Assembly (NCBI RefSeq): GCF_054482525.1 | Contig: NZ_JBTHVG010000004.1 | DNA from: a plasmid | Length of the DNA stretch: 64,000 bases | Direction: 5' to 3' (one strand) | Shown here: piece by piece, positions 26,248-35,442 of the stretch | Position numbering within the stretch: position 1 is the stretch's first letter | Layout: every line of letters begins with the position of its first letter | Program-made: the position numbers and the translations under genes | Notes under the pieces: generated by a model | What the model saw: the letters and a program-made list of their open reading frames with translations, nothing else | Told to the model about the DNA's origin: nothing | Databases searched by the model: none

Positions 26248-29200
26248 CAGAGATTGTATCCCTGTTTTCGGATGAGCTCCGAGGCCAGTTCTTCAATAAC
26301 ATTGTCACTGTTATGTTGGCCCGCCCGGTGCTCAATTAATGACGTTGCAGAACCTCTGGGGAAGTTTTCGGCCAGAATCTTACGTGCCCGAACTGAACCT
26401 AACTTATTTGTCAGTGTTTTACGCAGGGCACTGTCTTTTGGCGATGAGTTCAGCGCCCATAGCTCCAGTGGACCGACGGTAAATTTGAGTATTCTCGCAA
26501 GCGTGCCACTTTTTACCCTGAATACTCCCAGAACAGGAACACCACTACCATCTGGTGCCGGGCCTTCCGGCATTTTCAGGAAGCGTTTCAGCATAAATTC
26601 AGGCACGTTGAAGTTATCCCTCAGTACGGGGATATCTTCGGGTTTGTAGCGCAGTAACCAGAGAGTATTTGCTGACTTAAGAACGCTTTCCGGGTAGTCC
26701 CTCAGATACTGCGTACTCAGAACCGTGCGGATAGCAAACTTGCGTTGCTCACGCTCCTGGGTATCCAGATTTTCCCAGATGAAGTCAATGCCCCGGGCGT
26801 TATGCAGTTCATCATAAACTTTTGTCTTAACCTCCTGATCAAGTTGGTTAATACGTTTAAGAGCGATTTCATGGTATTCCCGTGGAAGCTGCTTTAACAC
26901 TTCATCCCTGTATTGTGGCAGGGTGAAGTCACCACCGGCGATCTGACCTGCAAGCAGGTACATGATGCCGGTTTTAAGCCTGCCTGCAGGCGTTTTGTCA
27001 CCGGCAACATTATTCAGATCGACAGCGATGACCCGGGTTTCCGGGTTGATCATAAACCGGGTATACCCGGATATCATGGGGTAGTCGTTATGTCCCTGCT
27101 CGAGAGCGCGGCGGATGTAGTCCAGCAGAAGTTCGTTTGAACCATCACGCTGAACAGTACCGAAAACATCCCTGAGACTGGTATGGCCCAGCATCGAGGA
27201 CACTTCGGGAAGCTGGGGCATTGCCTGATAATGTGCCCGCTGAGCCGCCATGATATACCCGGCATTGTGGAGCATATCCCGGACTTCGAACCAGGTTGAT
27301 CTGGCCCACCAGGCTGCATCATGTTTTTCATACAGTCCCGAGTCCTGCAGTGCTGAATCCACCAGTTCTTCCGTTGAGGCGCGATAAAGTCGCGGATTAT
27401 TTTCACCGTACTCTTTAAAAGCCAGCTCGATAAGCTGGTTGATAATTTGTCGGGTGTCTCCGGGGTTACAGGGTTGACCGGTACCGGTATCGACACAGAG
27501 AGCACACAGCACAGATGACATGAAATTCTTTTCCGGCGTAATAGGCTTTTTAGCGCCGTACATCACGTCAAAAAGGTTACGGGTGTATTCCGGATCATTG
27601 CTCAGAATAATACCGACAGCTTCGTCTTTTCTTTCCGGAGGAAGACTGTCGCGAATAAGCTGAACCAGTCCCTGAGCACTGTATCCCTTATCGATATAGG
27701 CAATGAAGGGCAGGTTTTTCTGAGCAGATGATATCTGTATTTCCGACAACGTATTAATCAGAACTGATTTACCCAGTCCCGGATCGCCTGGTGCCAGTTC
27801 TGTATGTTTATTTTGTTGGGATGACGCCAGACCAACCTCAAATGCGGAACCGTCTTCTGTATGTAACATCAGATTCCCTTTGCCTCGCCAGACAGAGCCT
27901 GCCCTGTTAAGCGGGAAAAGCGAGATGGCATGTGACAACGGGGGATACAGGGGAACCGGGCCGGAGCCTCCGGATGCCGCGAGAATGGTATTCACCCAGG
28001 CGCGTCGGGGATCGCCAAATGTTGTCGTGGTGCCACATACGCCCCAGCCTTCAATGGCCGATTTCAGAATGGCCTGGTTTCGTGTGCATATTTCACGTGT
28101 TTTTCCCCACGTGGAGGCCATGATGGTCATTATGCAGACAGGTTCTTTTTCATCCGTTGCAGCCAGGGTCATAACGGATTCATACATTGGACGAACGGCA
28201 GAAATGAAGCTGCTGTAAGTCAGAAGCGTTTTCTTCAGATTAAGAGCCTTCATCCCGCCGGGCATCAGATCCATTCTGATGCGCCAGGGGACTGCGCGGG
28301 GGACGGCACGGACCAGTTCGTTAAACGTCTGCAGATTTTGCGGAGGTAAAGTAATCGATACCATTCCGTGCCAGAGTCCGCCCGCCTGAACCAGGTTGCC
28401 CTGTGTGGTCACCTGAGTGTTGAATAACTGCAAATGCAATGAAGGAGCATGTAGTACGGATTCATCGTCAGTCCAGCGATATCCCGCTGGCTGGGCATCT
28501 TCAGGCAGGTGGGGTTGCCAGTTACGCGGTGTGCTGTGCCGTTCTGTCTGACGACGTATTTCACGCCCGACCTCGTGTATATCCAGTAGCCGGAGAATCA
28601 GGCCATCAGATGAATGTCTCAGTGCCTGTTCCACATTATCAAGAAAAGCTTCGTGGCGGATTTTCAGTGCAGATAAGGCCCACTGCCAGGGGGACTGGGC
28701 AAAGCGTGCTTTCGGTACCCGTTCAGCCAGTCTTCTGACAAGCTCATCATGGGCGGTGCGATCGCTGTTGCTGATAAGGTCGGGTCCACTCCAGATCGCC
28801 AGCCAGCAACGCTCCCGGACCAGCCATGGGGACAGTGTTGTGACTTTCTCATCGACCACATCCTGTAACTGGATACCTGTATTAGCCAGTGAGCGCTTTT
28901 GTGGGGCGACCATGTCTTCGATTTCTTCTTTCCCCATGTCAGGATCACGCTCAAAAACGAAGCTGATTTTATGACCGCTGTTTTTATATGCCGTATTCAG
29001 GCTGTCACTCATGCTGGTGATCAGCGATTCCAGTGAACCTGGGCCAGTCTGGTCGGATGCTTCATCCATTTCCCTGAAAGCACCGCTGACTTCAAAGACA
29101 GAGAGATATTCTCCACGCTTTGTGGCTGCAATATAGGGCGAATTCAGCCATGGGCGGCGTTCACGATCCTGTCTGTCCAGACCAATTACAGTACGTAAAT

Positions 29201-29384
29201 CGCAATATTCAACAAAACTGCTTGCGACAGAGAAACGGGATAGCGTGTTCAGACAGTCTTCGATAGTGAAGATTAAACGGTTTATGTTCATAGGTGAGGG
29301 AACTCCGGACTTACAGGAGGGAGGTTTGTGCAGTTTGATTTTTTTAATGCCACCCCGCGCTGGAGTGGCATGAAGAAAAATCAA
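26247..29384 (-). CDS. traU: TraU, VirB4-like type IV secretion ATPase (1045 aa)
   Basis: Walker A-like GLGKS motif (DPGLGKSVLINT); size and position match R64. Confidence 0.85.
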   Translation of the reverse strand: MIFLHATPARGGIKKIKLHKPPSCKSGVPSPMNINRLIFTIEDCLNTLSRFSVASSFVEYCDLRTVIGLDRQDRERRPWLNSPYIAATKRGEYLSVFEVSGAFREMDEASDQTGPGSLESLITSMSDSLNTAYKNSGHKISFVFERDPDMGKEEIEDMVAPQKRSLANTGIQLQDVVDEKVTTLSPWLVRERCWLAIWSGPDLISNSDRTAHDELVRRLAERVPKARFAQSPWQWALSALKIRHEAFLDNVEQALRHSSDGLILRLLDIHEVGREIRRQTERHSTPRNWQPHLPEDAQPAGYRWTDDESVLHAPSLHLQLFNTQVTTQGNLVQAGGLWHGMVSITLPPQNLQTFNELVRAVPRAVPWRIRMDLMPGGMKALNLKKTLLTYSSFISAVRPMYESVMTLAATDEKEPVCIMTIMASTWGKTREICTRNQAILKSAIEGWGVCGTTTTFGDPRRAWVNTILAASGGSGPVPLYPPLSHAISLFPLNRAGSVWRGKGNLMLHTEDGSAFEVGLASSQQNKHTELAPGDPGLGKSVLINTLSEIQISSAQKNLPFIAYIDKGYSAQGLVQLIRDSLPPERKDEAVGIILSNDPEYTRNLFDVMYGAKKPITPEKNFMSSVLCALCVDTGTGQPCNPGDTRQIINQLIELAFKEYGENNPRLYRASTEELVDSALQDSGLYEKHDAAWWARSTWFEVRDMLHNAGYIMAAQRAHYQAMPQLPEVSSMLGHTSLRDVFGTVQRDGSNELLLDYIRRALEQGHNDYPMISGYTRFMINPETRVIAVDLNNVAGDKTPAGRLKTGIMYLLAGQIAGGDFTLPQYRDEVLKQLPREYHEIALKRINQLDQEVKTKVYDELHNARGIDFIWENLDTQEREQRKFAIRTVLSTQYLRDYPESVLKSANTLWLLRYKPEDIPVLRDNFNVPEFMLKRFLKMPEGPAPDGSGVPVLGVFRVKSGTLARILKFTVGPLELWALNSSPKDSALRKTLTNKLGSVRARKILAENFPRGSATSLIEHRAGQHNSDNVIEELASELIRKQGYNL

Positions 29385-30181
29385 TCAACGTATTCTTTTT
29401 TGATGAATGAATCTGGTGTCAGAATCAGGGCAATCCCGTTCATTTTTTCACGCAGGGGCGAACGACCGGAAGGTGGATAGCGACGAAAAACGTCAGCGAA
29501 ATCGGCCGGGCGGAAACTGCGGAATTTATCCTCAACCGCCAGTCTGTTTTGCATCAGTGCAGAGAGCGCTTCCCGTCCCCGCCGGACCCGGAACTTATCA
29601 TTACTGAAAACTTCCTGTAATGAACGGCGGTTAAGGGCCACGACTGTGGATGGATGAAGGTCGGGTAGCCACACCATAACGCCCTGTGCTGCGGCATAAC
29701 CATTCAGTGAATGCCAGGCGTGGCAGAAAGCACATAAGCTGTAAGGCGGGCCGTCTTCATGAAACAGTTCCTGCTCTTTCTCTGACAACGGCTCTGTACT
29801 GGTGATTTCAGCTTTCTGTACATGGCGGAGTGAAAGACGTCTGGCAGACAGACGGGCCTGCTCAAGCGCCCGTTCAGCGGCTTTTACTGCCGTGTTGTAC
29901 TTTTCCTTTTCGCCGGTTGCGACTGGTTCACCACGCCTGATTAACTTAACCAGATGTTCTGTGGCCTTATTAAGACGAACTCGTGTGTCACTGATTGTGT
30001 CGGTAAGCTGTCTGAGTGGCCATGAGTCATCCAGTCTGAAACGGTGCCTGACGTTTTGCCGGCAGCAGATACATCGACCGGGCGTTGTTAATTCCGGTTC
30101 CGGTAACAGTGGCTCCTGTGTATGAACCACATCAATTTCTGGAAAGGGATACAACCACAAGTTTTTAATGCTGTGTTGCAT
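29381..30181 (-). CDS. traT: TraT (266 aa)
   Basis: Position and size match R64. Confidence 0.7.
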   Translation of the reverse strand: MQHSIKNLWLYPFPEIDVVHTQEPLLPEPELTTPGRCICCRQNVRHRFRLDDSWPLRQLTDTISDTRVRLNKATEHLVKLIRRGEPVATGEKEKYNTAVKAAERALEQARLSARRLSLRHVQKAEITSTEPLSEKEQELFHEDGPPYSLCAFCHAWHSLNGYAAAQGVMVWLPDLHPSTVVALNRRSLQEVFSNDKFRVRRGREALSALMQNRLAVEDKFRSFRPADFADVFRRYPPSGRSPLREKMNGIALILTPDSFIKKEYVD

Positions 30182-30353
30182 GAGCAGGCTCCGTACTGGT
30201 GTAACGTTTCACGGCTTCCAGAATGATGTTTGCGATTTCATCGGAACAGCATTCTGCAAAAATGAATTCCTGATCGTCCCGACTGTCGTGGGCAATCACA
30301 TTGCCGTTTTCTGTTCGTCGTAACGTTATGTGCTCCGGGCTCCAGGCAGACAT
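30165..30353 (-). CDS. traS: TraS (62 aa)
   Basis: Small ORF in the expected slot. Confidence 0.5.
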   Translation of the reverse strand: MSAWSPEHITLRRTENGNVIAHDSRDDQEFIFAECCSDEIANIILEAVKRYTSTEPAHATQH

Positions 30354-30416
30354 ATGTGCCTCCTTGTATTGCCGAACAGGAAGGGCACCGGATAAATGCC
30401 AGTGCCCTGGACAAGA

Positions 30417-30821
30417 TTAGCCAATGGAAATTGAGGAAATCCCCAACTGTTTCTGGCTGCGACTCATCATTTCAGGTCCGGCGACAAGTACCGCCCCAAT
30501 GACGATAGATACAATGCAACTAGCCAGTCCCATCCCCCCTTGTTTCCCAACTTTTTTCAGGCCAATCAGGCCCCCGAGAAACAGAATTACGCCGATGAAC
30601 TGCGCAATAGTCAGTGATGATGACTGTGCTGTTTTGGCACCTTGTTCGACATTGCGAACCATATCGGCAAGATCTCCATCGGCAAGAACGGCTTTGGGCA
30701 GCAACATCATGGGAATGAGCAGCAGGAACTTAGTCAGTTTGCTCCGGCATGACATTACAAACAGTTGTGCGTGGATAAATGCGGCGTACAGACGGGCCGC
30801 TACGACACGAATACGTGACAT
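30417..30821 (-). CDS. traR: TraR (134 aa), membrane protein
   Basis: Transmembrane helices; position matches R64. Confidence 0.6.
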   Translation of the reverse strand: MSRIRVVAARLYAAFIHAQLFVMSCRSKLTKFLLLIPMMLLPKAVLADGDLADMVRNVEQGAKTAQSSSLTIAQFIGVILFLGGLIGLKKVGKQGGMGLASCIVSIVIGAVLVAGPEMMSRSQKQLGISSISIG

Positions 30822-30871
30822 AGTTTCTCCTTAAATGGATATATCAGTGGTTTATATGAAGGTGAAAAAAA

Positions 30872-31399
30872 TCAGAAGACGATTCCAATGCTTGCCAGCA
30901 GGGCATTGAGGACACGATCGATAAAGACCAGCAGGACGCCGGCAATAAATTTGACGTTTCCCTTACTGACGGATTCACTGGCACTCAGTGCGGTATGTCC
31001 ATCGAGTCCGGCCTTGCGCCAGATGGATATCCCGTTCATTACAAATCCAACACCGGCCAGCTTGGCCAGCGACAGAACTGCATTTGCTGCGCCAGCAGCA
31101 GCGCCAAACGTCTGAGGTTGTACATATGCAATCGGGCCAAATGAGTCAGCCCTGAATCCCATTTGTACGCCTCCGGCGTTAATCATTGCCGGGAGTGATA
31201 CGAGCATGCAGCTGGTTAACATCCCCGCAATAAATTTTCCGGGAGACATTTTTACCGGACCGGCTGAACGGGCGCGGGCAAACAGGGTAATCATGCTGAT
31301 CACCCCGATGAATTCTCCCCAGGTAAACAGGAAATCCATTCCGGCACTGAAAATACTGCTGGCAAAGTTCTCAATGGCGGTCAGGGCATCCATGTTCAT
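30872..31399 (-). CDS. traQ: TraQ (175 aa), membrane protein
   Basis: Position and size match R64. Confidence 0.65.
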   Translation of the reverse strand: MNMDALTAIENFASSIFSAGMDFLFTWGEFIGVISMITLFARARSAGPVKMSPGKFIAGMLTSCMLVSLPAMINAGGVQMGFRADSFGPIAYVQPQTFGAAAGAANAVLSLAKLAGVGFVMNGISIWRKAGLDGHTALSASESVSKGNVKFIAGVLLVFIDRVLNALLASIGIVF

Positions 31400-32103
31400 C
31401 AGCGTAACGTCCCTGCACTGGTGATGATGGTCCGGGTAGTCGGATCAATCCGCTGGATCACCACATTGCCCAGCGTCTGACCTTCTCTGACAGCCCAGGT
31501 ACTACCCTGCCAGCGAATCCAGGCCATACCAGTTTCCATCGACATGATTTTCATTCCGTTAAGTACAGACGACGTTTTTTTCTTTGCTGGATGCGGTGTG
31601 GAAGAGGATTCAGTGACGCTTTTCTGTGTCATTATTCCGTTCAGGCGGCTCCGGATATCATCCAGCTGACGGCGTGTTTCCTGTGCGTATTCTTCATCCT
31701 TTTTTATAGCTTCGCCCAGCTTGTTAATGCTGTCGTGAAGCATATTCAGTGTTGCCTGAATTTTTTCATCGCGGTTATCCAGCTCTGTTTTTACATCCCG
31801 GGCAAGCTGGCTCATATCTTCTCCTGTCCGGACAGTCATAGTCTCAGTGGACTGAACGGAAGGTGATGATTCTTGTGTGGTTTGCCAGGTCTGTACGCCA
31901 GCATCCGCATCATTAAACGGAGGCATGCCTGTTTCCGATGGCGCTCTCAGGAACAGATACCATATGGCTGCGAGCAACACGATTGCACATAGCCCCCATG
32001 TTGCTACAGATATCCCCCAGACGGAACGTTTCCAGAAGGGGGCGGGTTTCTCTTCGGGTTCACCGAAGCTGCCGGTTTCATCTATTTCTGTTTCAGGTTT
32101 CAT
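31399..32103 (-). CDS. traP: TraP (234 aa)
   Basis: Position and size match R64. Confidence 0.65.
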   Translation of the reverse strand: MKPETEIDETGSFGEPEEKPAPFWKRSVWGISVATWGLCAIVLLAAIWYLFLRAPSETGMPPFNDADAGVQTWQTTQESSPSVQSTETMTVRTGEDMSQLARDVKTELDNRDEKIQATLNMLHDSINKLGEAIKKDEEYAQETRRQLDDIRSRLNGIMTQKSVTESSSTPHPAKKKTSSVLNGMKIMSMETGMAWIRWQGSTWAVREGQTLGNVVIQRIDPTTRTIITSAGTLR

Positions 32104-33392
32104 TATGGTGTCTCCGGTTGTTCATCATACCGACGTTGCATCACAGCTTTTCTTTGCTCCATGGCTGTCTGCATTCGTGCCTGCGAGCGTTGTTCCGCCT
32201 GTGATGTACGATTAACTGAAGGGGAAATGCCACTGGAAAGGGAAGATGACCTGGCGTCGTTTGTCATTACCGGGTCAACAAACAGAATTGATACGACTTC
32301 ATGCTGATACACTTCTACCTGTTTATAGGGCTCACTTTCTGCCTGGCGGGTTAATATCTGACTTCCTCTTTCCGCCATACCACCGGCAATAACGCCCGCA
32401 ACAGCTTCACCACTGGGCATTCCCACGCGTCCGGTAACCGTGCCATAGTTACCCTGAATAACCTGCGTGTTGGCATCTTTATAAAGTGTGCCAATACTGC
32501 CCACACCTCCTAACACTGACGGCAGAATGATATGTTTAAACCAGCGTGTATTCACATTGCTGGCCACGGATGACATCAGGTTGTCTTCCCGTTGAGCATA
32601 TGCATTGACCTTAAGGTCCATGCCGTTCCAGCTCATCCGGTCGAAATGGATCTCCACGCCGTTACCCACCAGTTTGACTCCCGGACTGAACAGCGTTGCC
32701 CCTGCCCAGGGGCCAGCGGGAATGGTTGCGATAACCTTGGATGACGGGTTATCAGAATCCACTGCAGTATCAATATATGCCGGTATACGGGTCAGAGCAG
32801 GTATCAGTTGTATCCCTTTTTCTGCTACAGGCGTGGACAGGCTGGCATTCTGTAATGCGAATTGCTGCGTACCATTCTGCCCTGTTGTTTCTGCCGGAGA
32901 TTTATTCCACATAGTCGTTGCTATGGTTGGTGTACTACCGGCAGGATGCTGATCTTTTATTCTTACAATCAGCTTTTGCAGCCGCTCCATACGTTTTTCA
33001 CTGGCTGCTCGATCCTCCTGTGGTGTGCCGGAAGCCTGGCGATGAGCATAGTTTTCCGGTTTTGCTGCAGGCTGTTGTTGCTTTTCCGGAGTGTCCGGAA
33101 TATCAAGCCCCTGTGGAAGACTGGCAATGAACGTCTGATTATTGCGGGCTGCAGCTGCGGCCCCTCGTTCATTATCCGCTCTTAACAGTTCACGATAGTG
33201 AGGCGTTTCGGTAACGCTGCGCGTTCCGCCGCTTGCTGCACTGTTAATGTTCACGGCTGACTGCATATCGCTGTTACTCCCTGATAGTTTGGAAAACGCG
33301 ATATAGCCGCCGCCAAATAAGATGATGCTGCCCAGTCCAAGCAGGGCAGCCAGTTTCTTTCCGGATTTACCGGCATCCTGTTCAGCACTCAT
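32103..33392 (-). CDS. traO: TraO, VirB10-like (429 aa)
   Basis: N-terminal transmembrane segment, Pro/Gln-rich linker and a C-terminal beta-barrel region typical of VirB10. Confidence 0.8.
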   Translation of the reverse strand: MSAEQDAGKSGKKLAALLGLGSIILFGGGYIAFSKLSGSNSDMQSAVNINSAASGGTRSVTETPHYRELLRADNERGAAAAARNNQTFIASLPQGLDIPDTPEKQQQPAAKPENYAHRQASGTPQEDRAASEKRMERLQKLIVRIKDQHPAGSTPTIATTMWNKSPAETTGQNGTQQFALQNASLSTPVAEKGIQLIPALTRIPAYIDTAVDSDNPSSKVIATIPAGPWAGATLFSPGVKLVGNGVEIHFDRMSWNGMDLKVNAYAQREDNLMSSVASNVNTRWFKHIILPSVLGGVGSIGTLYKDANTQVIQGNYGTVTGRVGMPSGEAVAGVIAGGMAERGSQILTRQAESEPYKQVEVYQHEVVSILFVDPVMTNDARSSSLSSGISPSVNRTSQAEQRSQARMQTAMEQRKAVMQRRYDEQPETP

Positions 33393-33394
33393 GA

Positions 33395-34378
33395 TTACTC
33401 CAGTTCTGGTGTCACGTGAACGGACTGGCCATTCACAGAGAAAGTCAGTAGTGGGGTGACGGGAAGTTTCCAGAGATGAGTTCCGTCGGCAGAGGACAAG
33501 GTCTGTTCAAATTCATCGCGCAACATCGCCCGGGAACGAACCAGAAGGTCATCGCCGTGTTGCCAGATCGTTGTATCCGGGACATTACCTGTGAATTTCA
33601 GCCTCTTAACTGAAGGGTCCCGGGGAGGAATACCATCCAGAAATGCCTGTAATGTTGCATCATGCAGGGCGATCTTATCCGTCGGGATGGAGACAACTGG
33701 GCTGGTTGGTCCCTGCCGTGGTATTCGCAGATCCAGACGACTGTCCATTTCCTGACTGGATGACGGCGTATCTGTTTCGCCACTGGTTACGTTCAGGATG
33801 ACCGGTACCGACAGACCTTTCAGGTAGACAGAAATATTTCCGGATGCCCATGGCCGCAATGGTGTGATTGTCACCATGTTCTCGTTGTACTGCACATCAA
33901 AGAGTTTTGGTGCCGCGTTATAAGGAGGATCGGATTGTGGCCATGGTGAACCGTTGATATCGGTAAATGTCACCACGCTCAGGTTGTTCATGGCTGTGCG
34001 AACAAGAGGAAGGCTGGCACCGGGGGACAGATTAACTGTCAGAGAGCTGATACGGGGTACAACACTGGTGATGGGCGCATTGATGGCCCGCTCGTTATCC
34101 GCCATGAGACTGCGTAGTGAGCGAATCTCATCGGCGGAGAGCTCAGAATCAAGCCTTGCCGCATCCTGTACCAGCGGGCTGGCCTGCCCGGGGGCAGGCA
34201 GCTCACCTTTTACCAGTGTTGCCGGAACACCTCCGGTGTTTTGGGAGGTGTTCTGAACGTGATCGCTGGCAGAATTTGTCGTTTGTGGTGTGCGTGCGTT
34301 CTGCCATCCTGCGTTATCTGCAGACGTGGCGGCGCTGCACACCAGGAGCAGTGTGCTCAGTAAATAACGTGATTGCAT
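33395..34378 (-). CDS. traN: TraN, VirB9-like (327 aa)
   Basis: Signal peptide; position upstream of traO. Confidence 0.8.
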   Translation of the reverse strand: MQSRYLLSTLLLVCSAATSADNAGWQNARTPQTTNSASDHVQNTSQNTGGVPATLVKGELPAPGQASPLVQDAARLDSELSADEIRSLRSLMADNERAINAPITSVVPRISSLTVNLSPGASLPLVRTAMNNLSVVTFTDINGSPWPQSDPPYNAAPKLFDVQYNENMVTITPLRPWASGNISVYLKGLSVPVILNVTSGETDTPSSSQEMDSRLDLRIPRQGPTSPVVSIPTDKIALHDATLQAFLDGIPPRDPSVKRLKFTGNVPDTTIWQHGDDLLVRSRAMLRDEFEQTLSSADGTHLWKLPVTPLLTFSVNGQSVHVTPELE

Positions 34379-34388
34379 ATTACTTATC

Positions 34389-35081
34389 TCAGGAGTTCGG
34401 TCCGGCGTTACGGGAGATCATCTGCCGGATTTCCATACCGGATGGTTTCAGTCTGGGGTCAACACGCTGGATGGTGATTTCGAAAACAAAAGACTGTTCT
34501 GGCTTGCTGGTTGTCTGGCCGACCAGACGCATACGGACAGGATACTGGAATGTCCAGAACCATACGCCGTCGGACATTTGTCCCTGTCGTACCAGAACGC
34601 CAGCACCTGTCGTGGCGGTCAGATTCATCTTCTCTTTCTTGATCGTCTCCAGAATGTTAGATGCCTGTAATGCATTCACATATCCGACAAAACCTTCGTC
34701 AGAAAAACGCGGAGACAGGGAGGAGATCTGTGAACGATAGTGCACAAAATCCAGGTTGAATGCGGTCGCCAGTGCCTGGCTGCCAAAGGCCATTGCATCA
34801 TTCTGACTCCATGCTGGCTGACTTGTTGGTGCCAGCCTGACCAGACGACCATTGTCTGTAGCGAAATATTCGCGCTCCACATTCGTTGAGTGCCAGTACT
34901 GAATGGCGTTACCAGTAATACTGATAAGAAGACATGTGCCCGTACATAAAAGCGCTTTTATCAGCGCAGGGACATTATTTGCCCGCTGTTCTGACTGCTT
35001 CATAGCCCTGATTGTGCTCTTCAGTATTTCCGGGTCAGGTGCCGGATGTGATGGCGAGGATGGCTCGGTATTTTCGGTCAT
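34389..35081 (-). CDS. traM: TraM (230 aa)
   Basis: Position and size match R64. Confidence 0.7.
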   Translation of the reverse strand: MTENTEPSSPSHPAPDPEILKSTIRAMKQSEQRANNVPALIKALLCTGTCLLISITGNAIQYWHSTNVEREYFATDNGRLVRLAPTSQPAWSQNDAMAFGSQALATAFNLDFVHYRSQISSLSPRFSDEGFVGYVNALQASNILETIKKEKMNLTATTGAGVLVRQGQMSDGVWFWTFQYPVRMRLVGQTTSKPEQSFVFEITIQRVDPRLKPSGMEIRQMISRNAGPNS

Positions 35082-35425
35082 AGGTTGTAGTCCTTCCAGG
35101 GATCAATATTCCCCGGCAGCTTTTCATTCACCTTGTCCACGACCGCGTCGCAGACCTGGTTTTCCAGCTGCGACAGAATGTCGTCAAGGCTGGGGAACTG
35201 GGGGAGGTTTATGCTGATTTTTTTGATTCGTGACAGACAGGACTGCAGGGATGAGGAAACATCGTTTTCACGTTGTGACCATGCATCCGCAGCTGCACGT
35301 GCTCGCTCATATCCTGTATTACTACCGGCCTGTGCCGCGCTACCCGCACGACAGGTTGCAGCACTTGCCGTGGATGAAATCAGGATAAGGCCGAGCACGG
35401 CAACCAGAGACTTATGCATGTTCAT
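35078..35425 (-). CDS. traL: TraL (115 aa), secreted/periplasmic
   Basis: Signal peptide; position matches R64. Confidence 0.6.
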   Translation of the reverse strand: MNMHKSLVAVLGLILISSTASAATCRAGSAAQAGSNTGYERARAAADAWSQRENDVSSSLQSCLSRIKKISINLPQFPSLDDILSQLENQVCDAVVDKVNEKLPGNIDPWKDYNL

Positions 35426-35442
35426 ATGGCTTCCTTACCGGC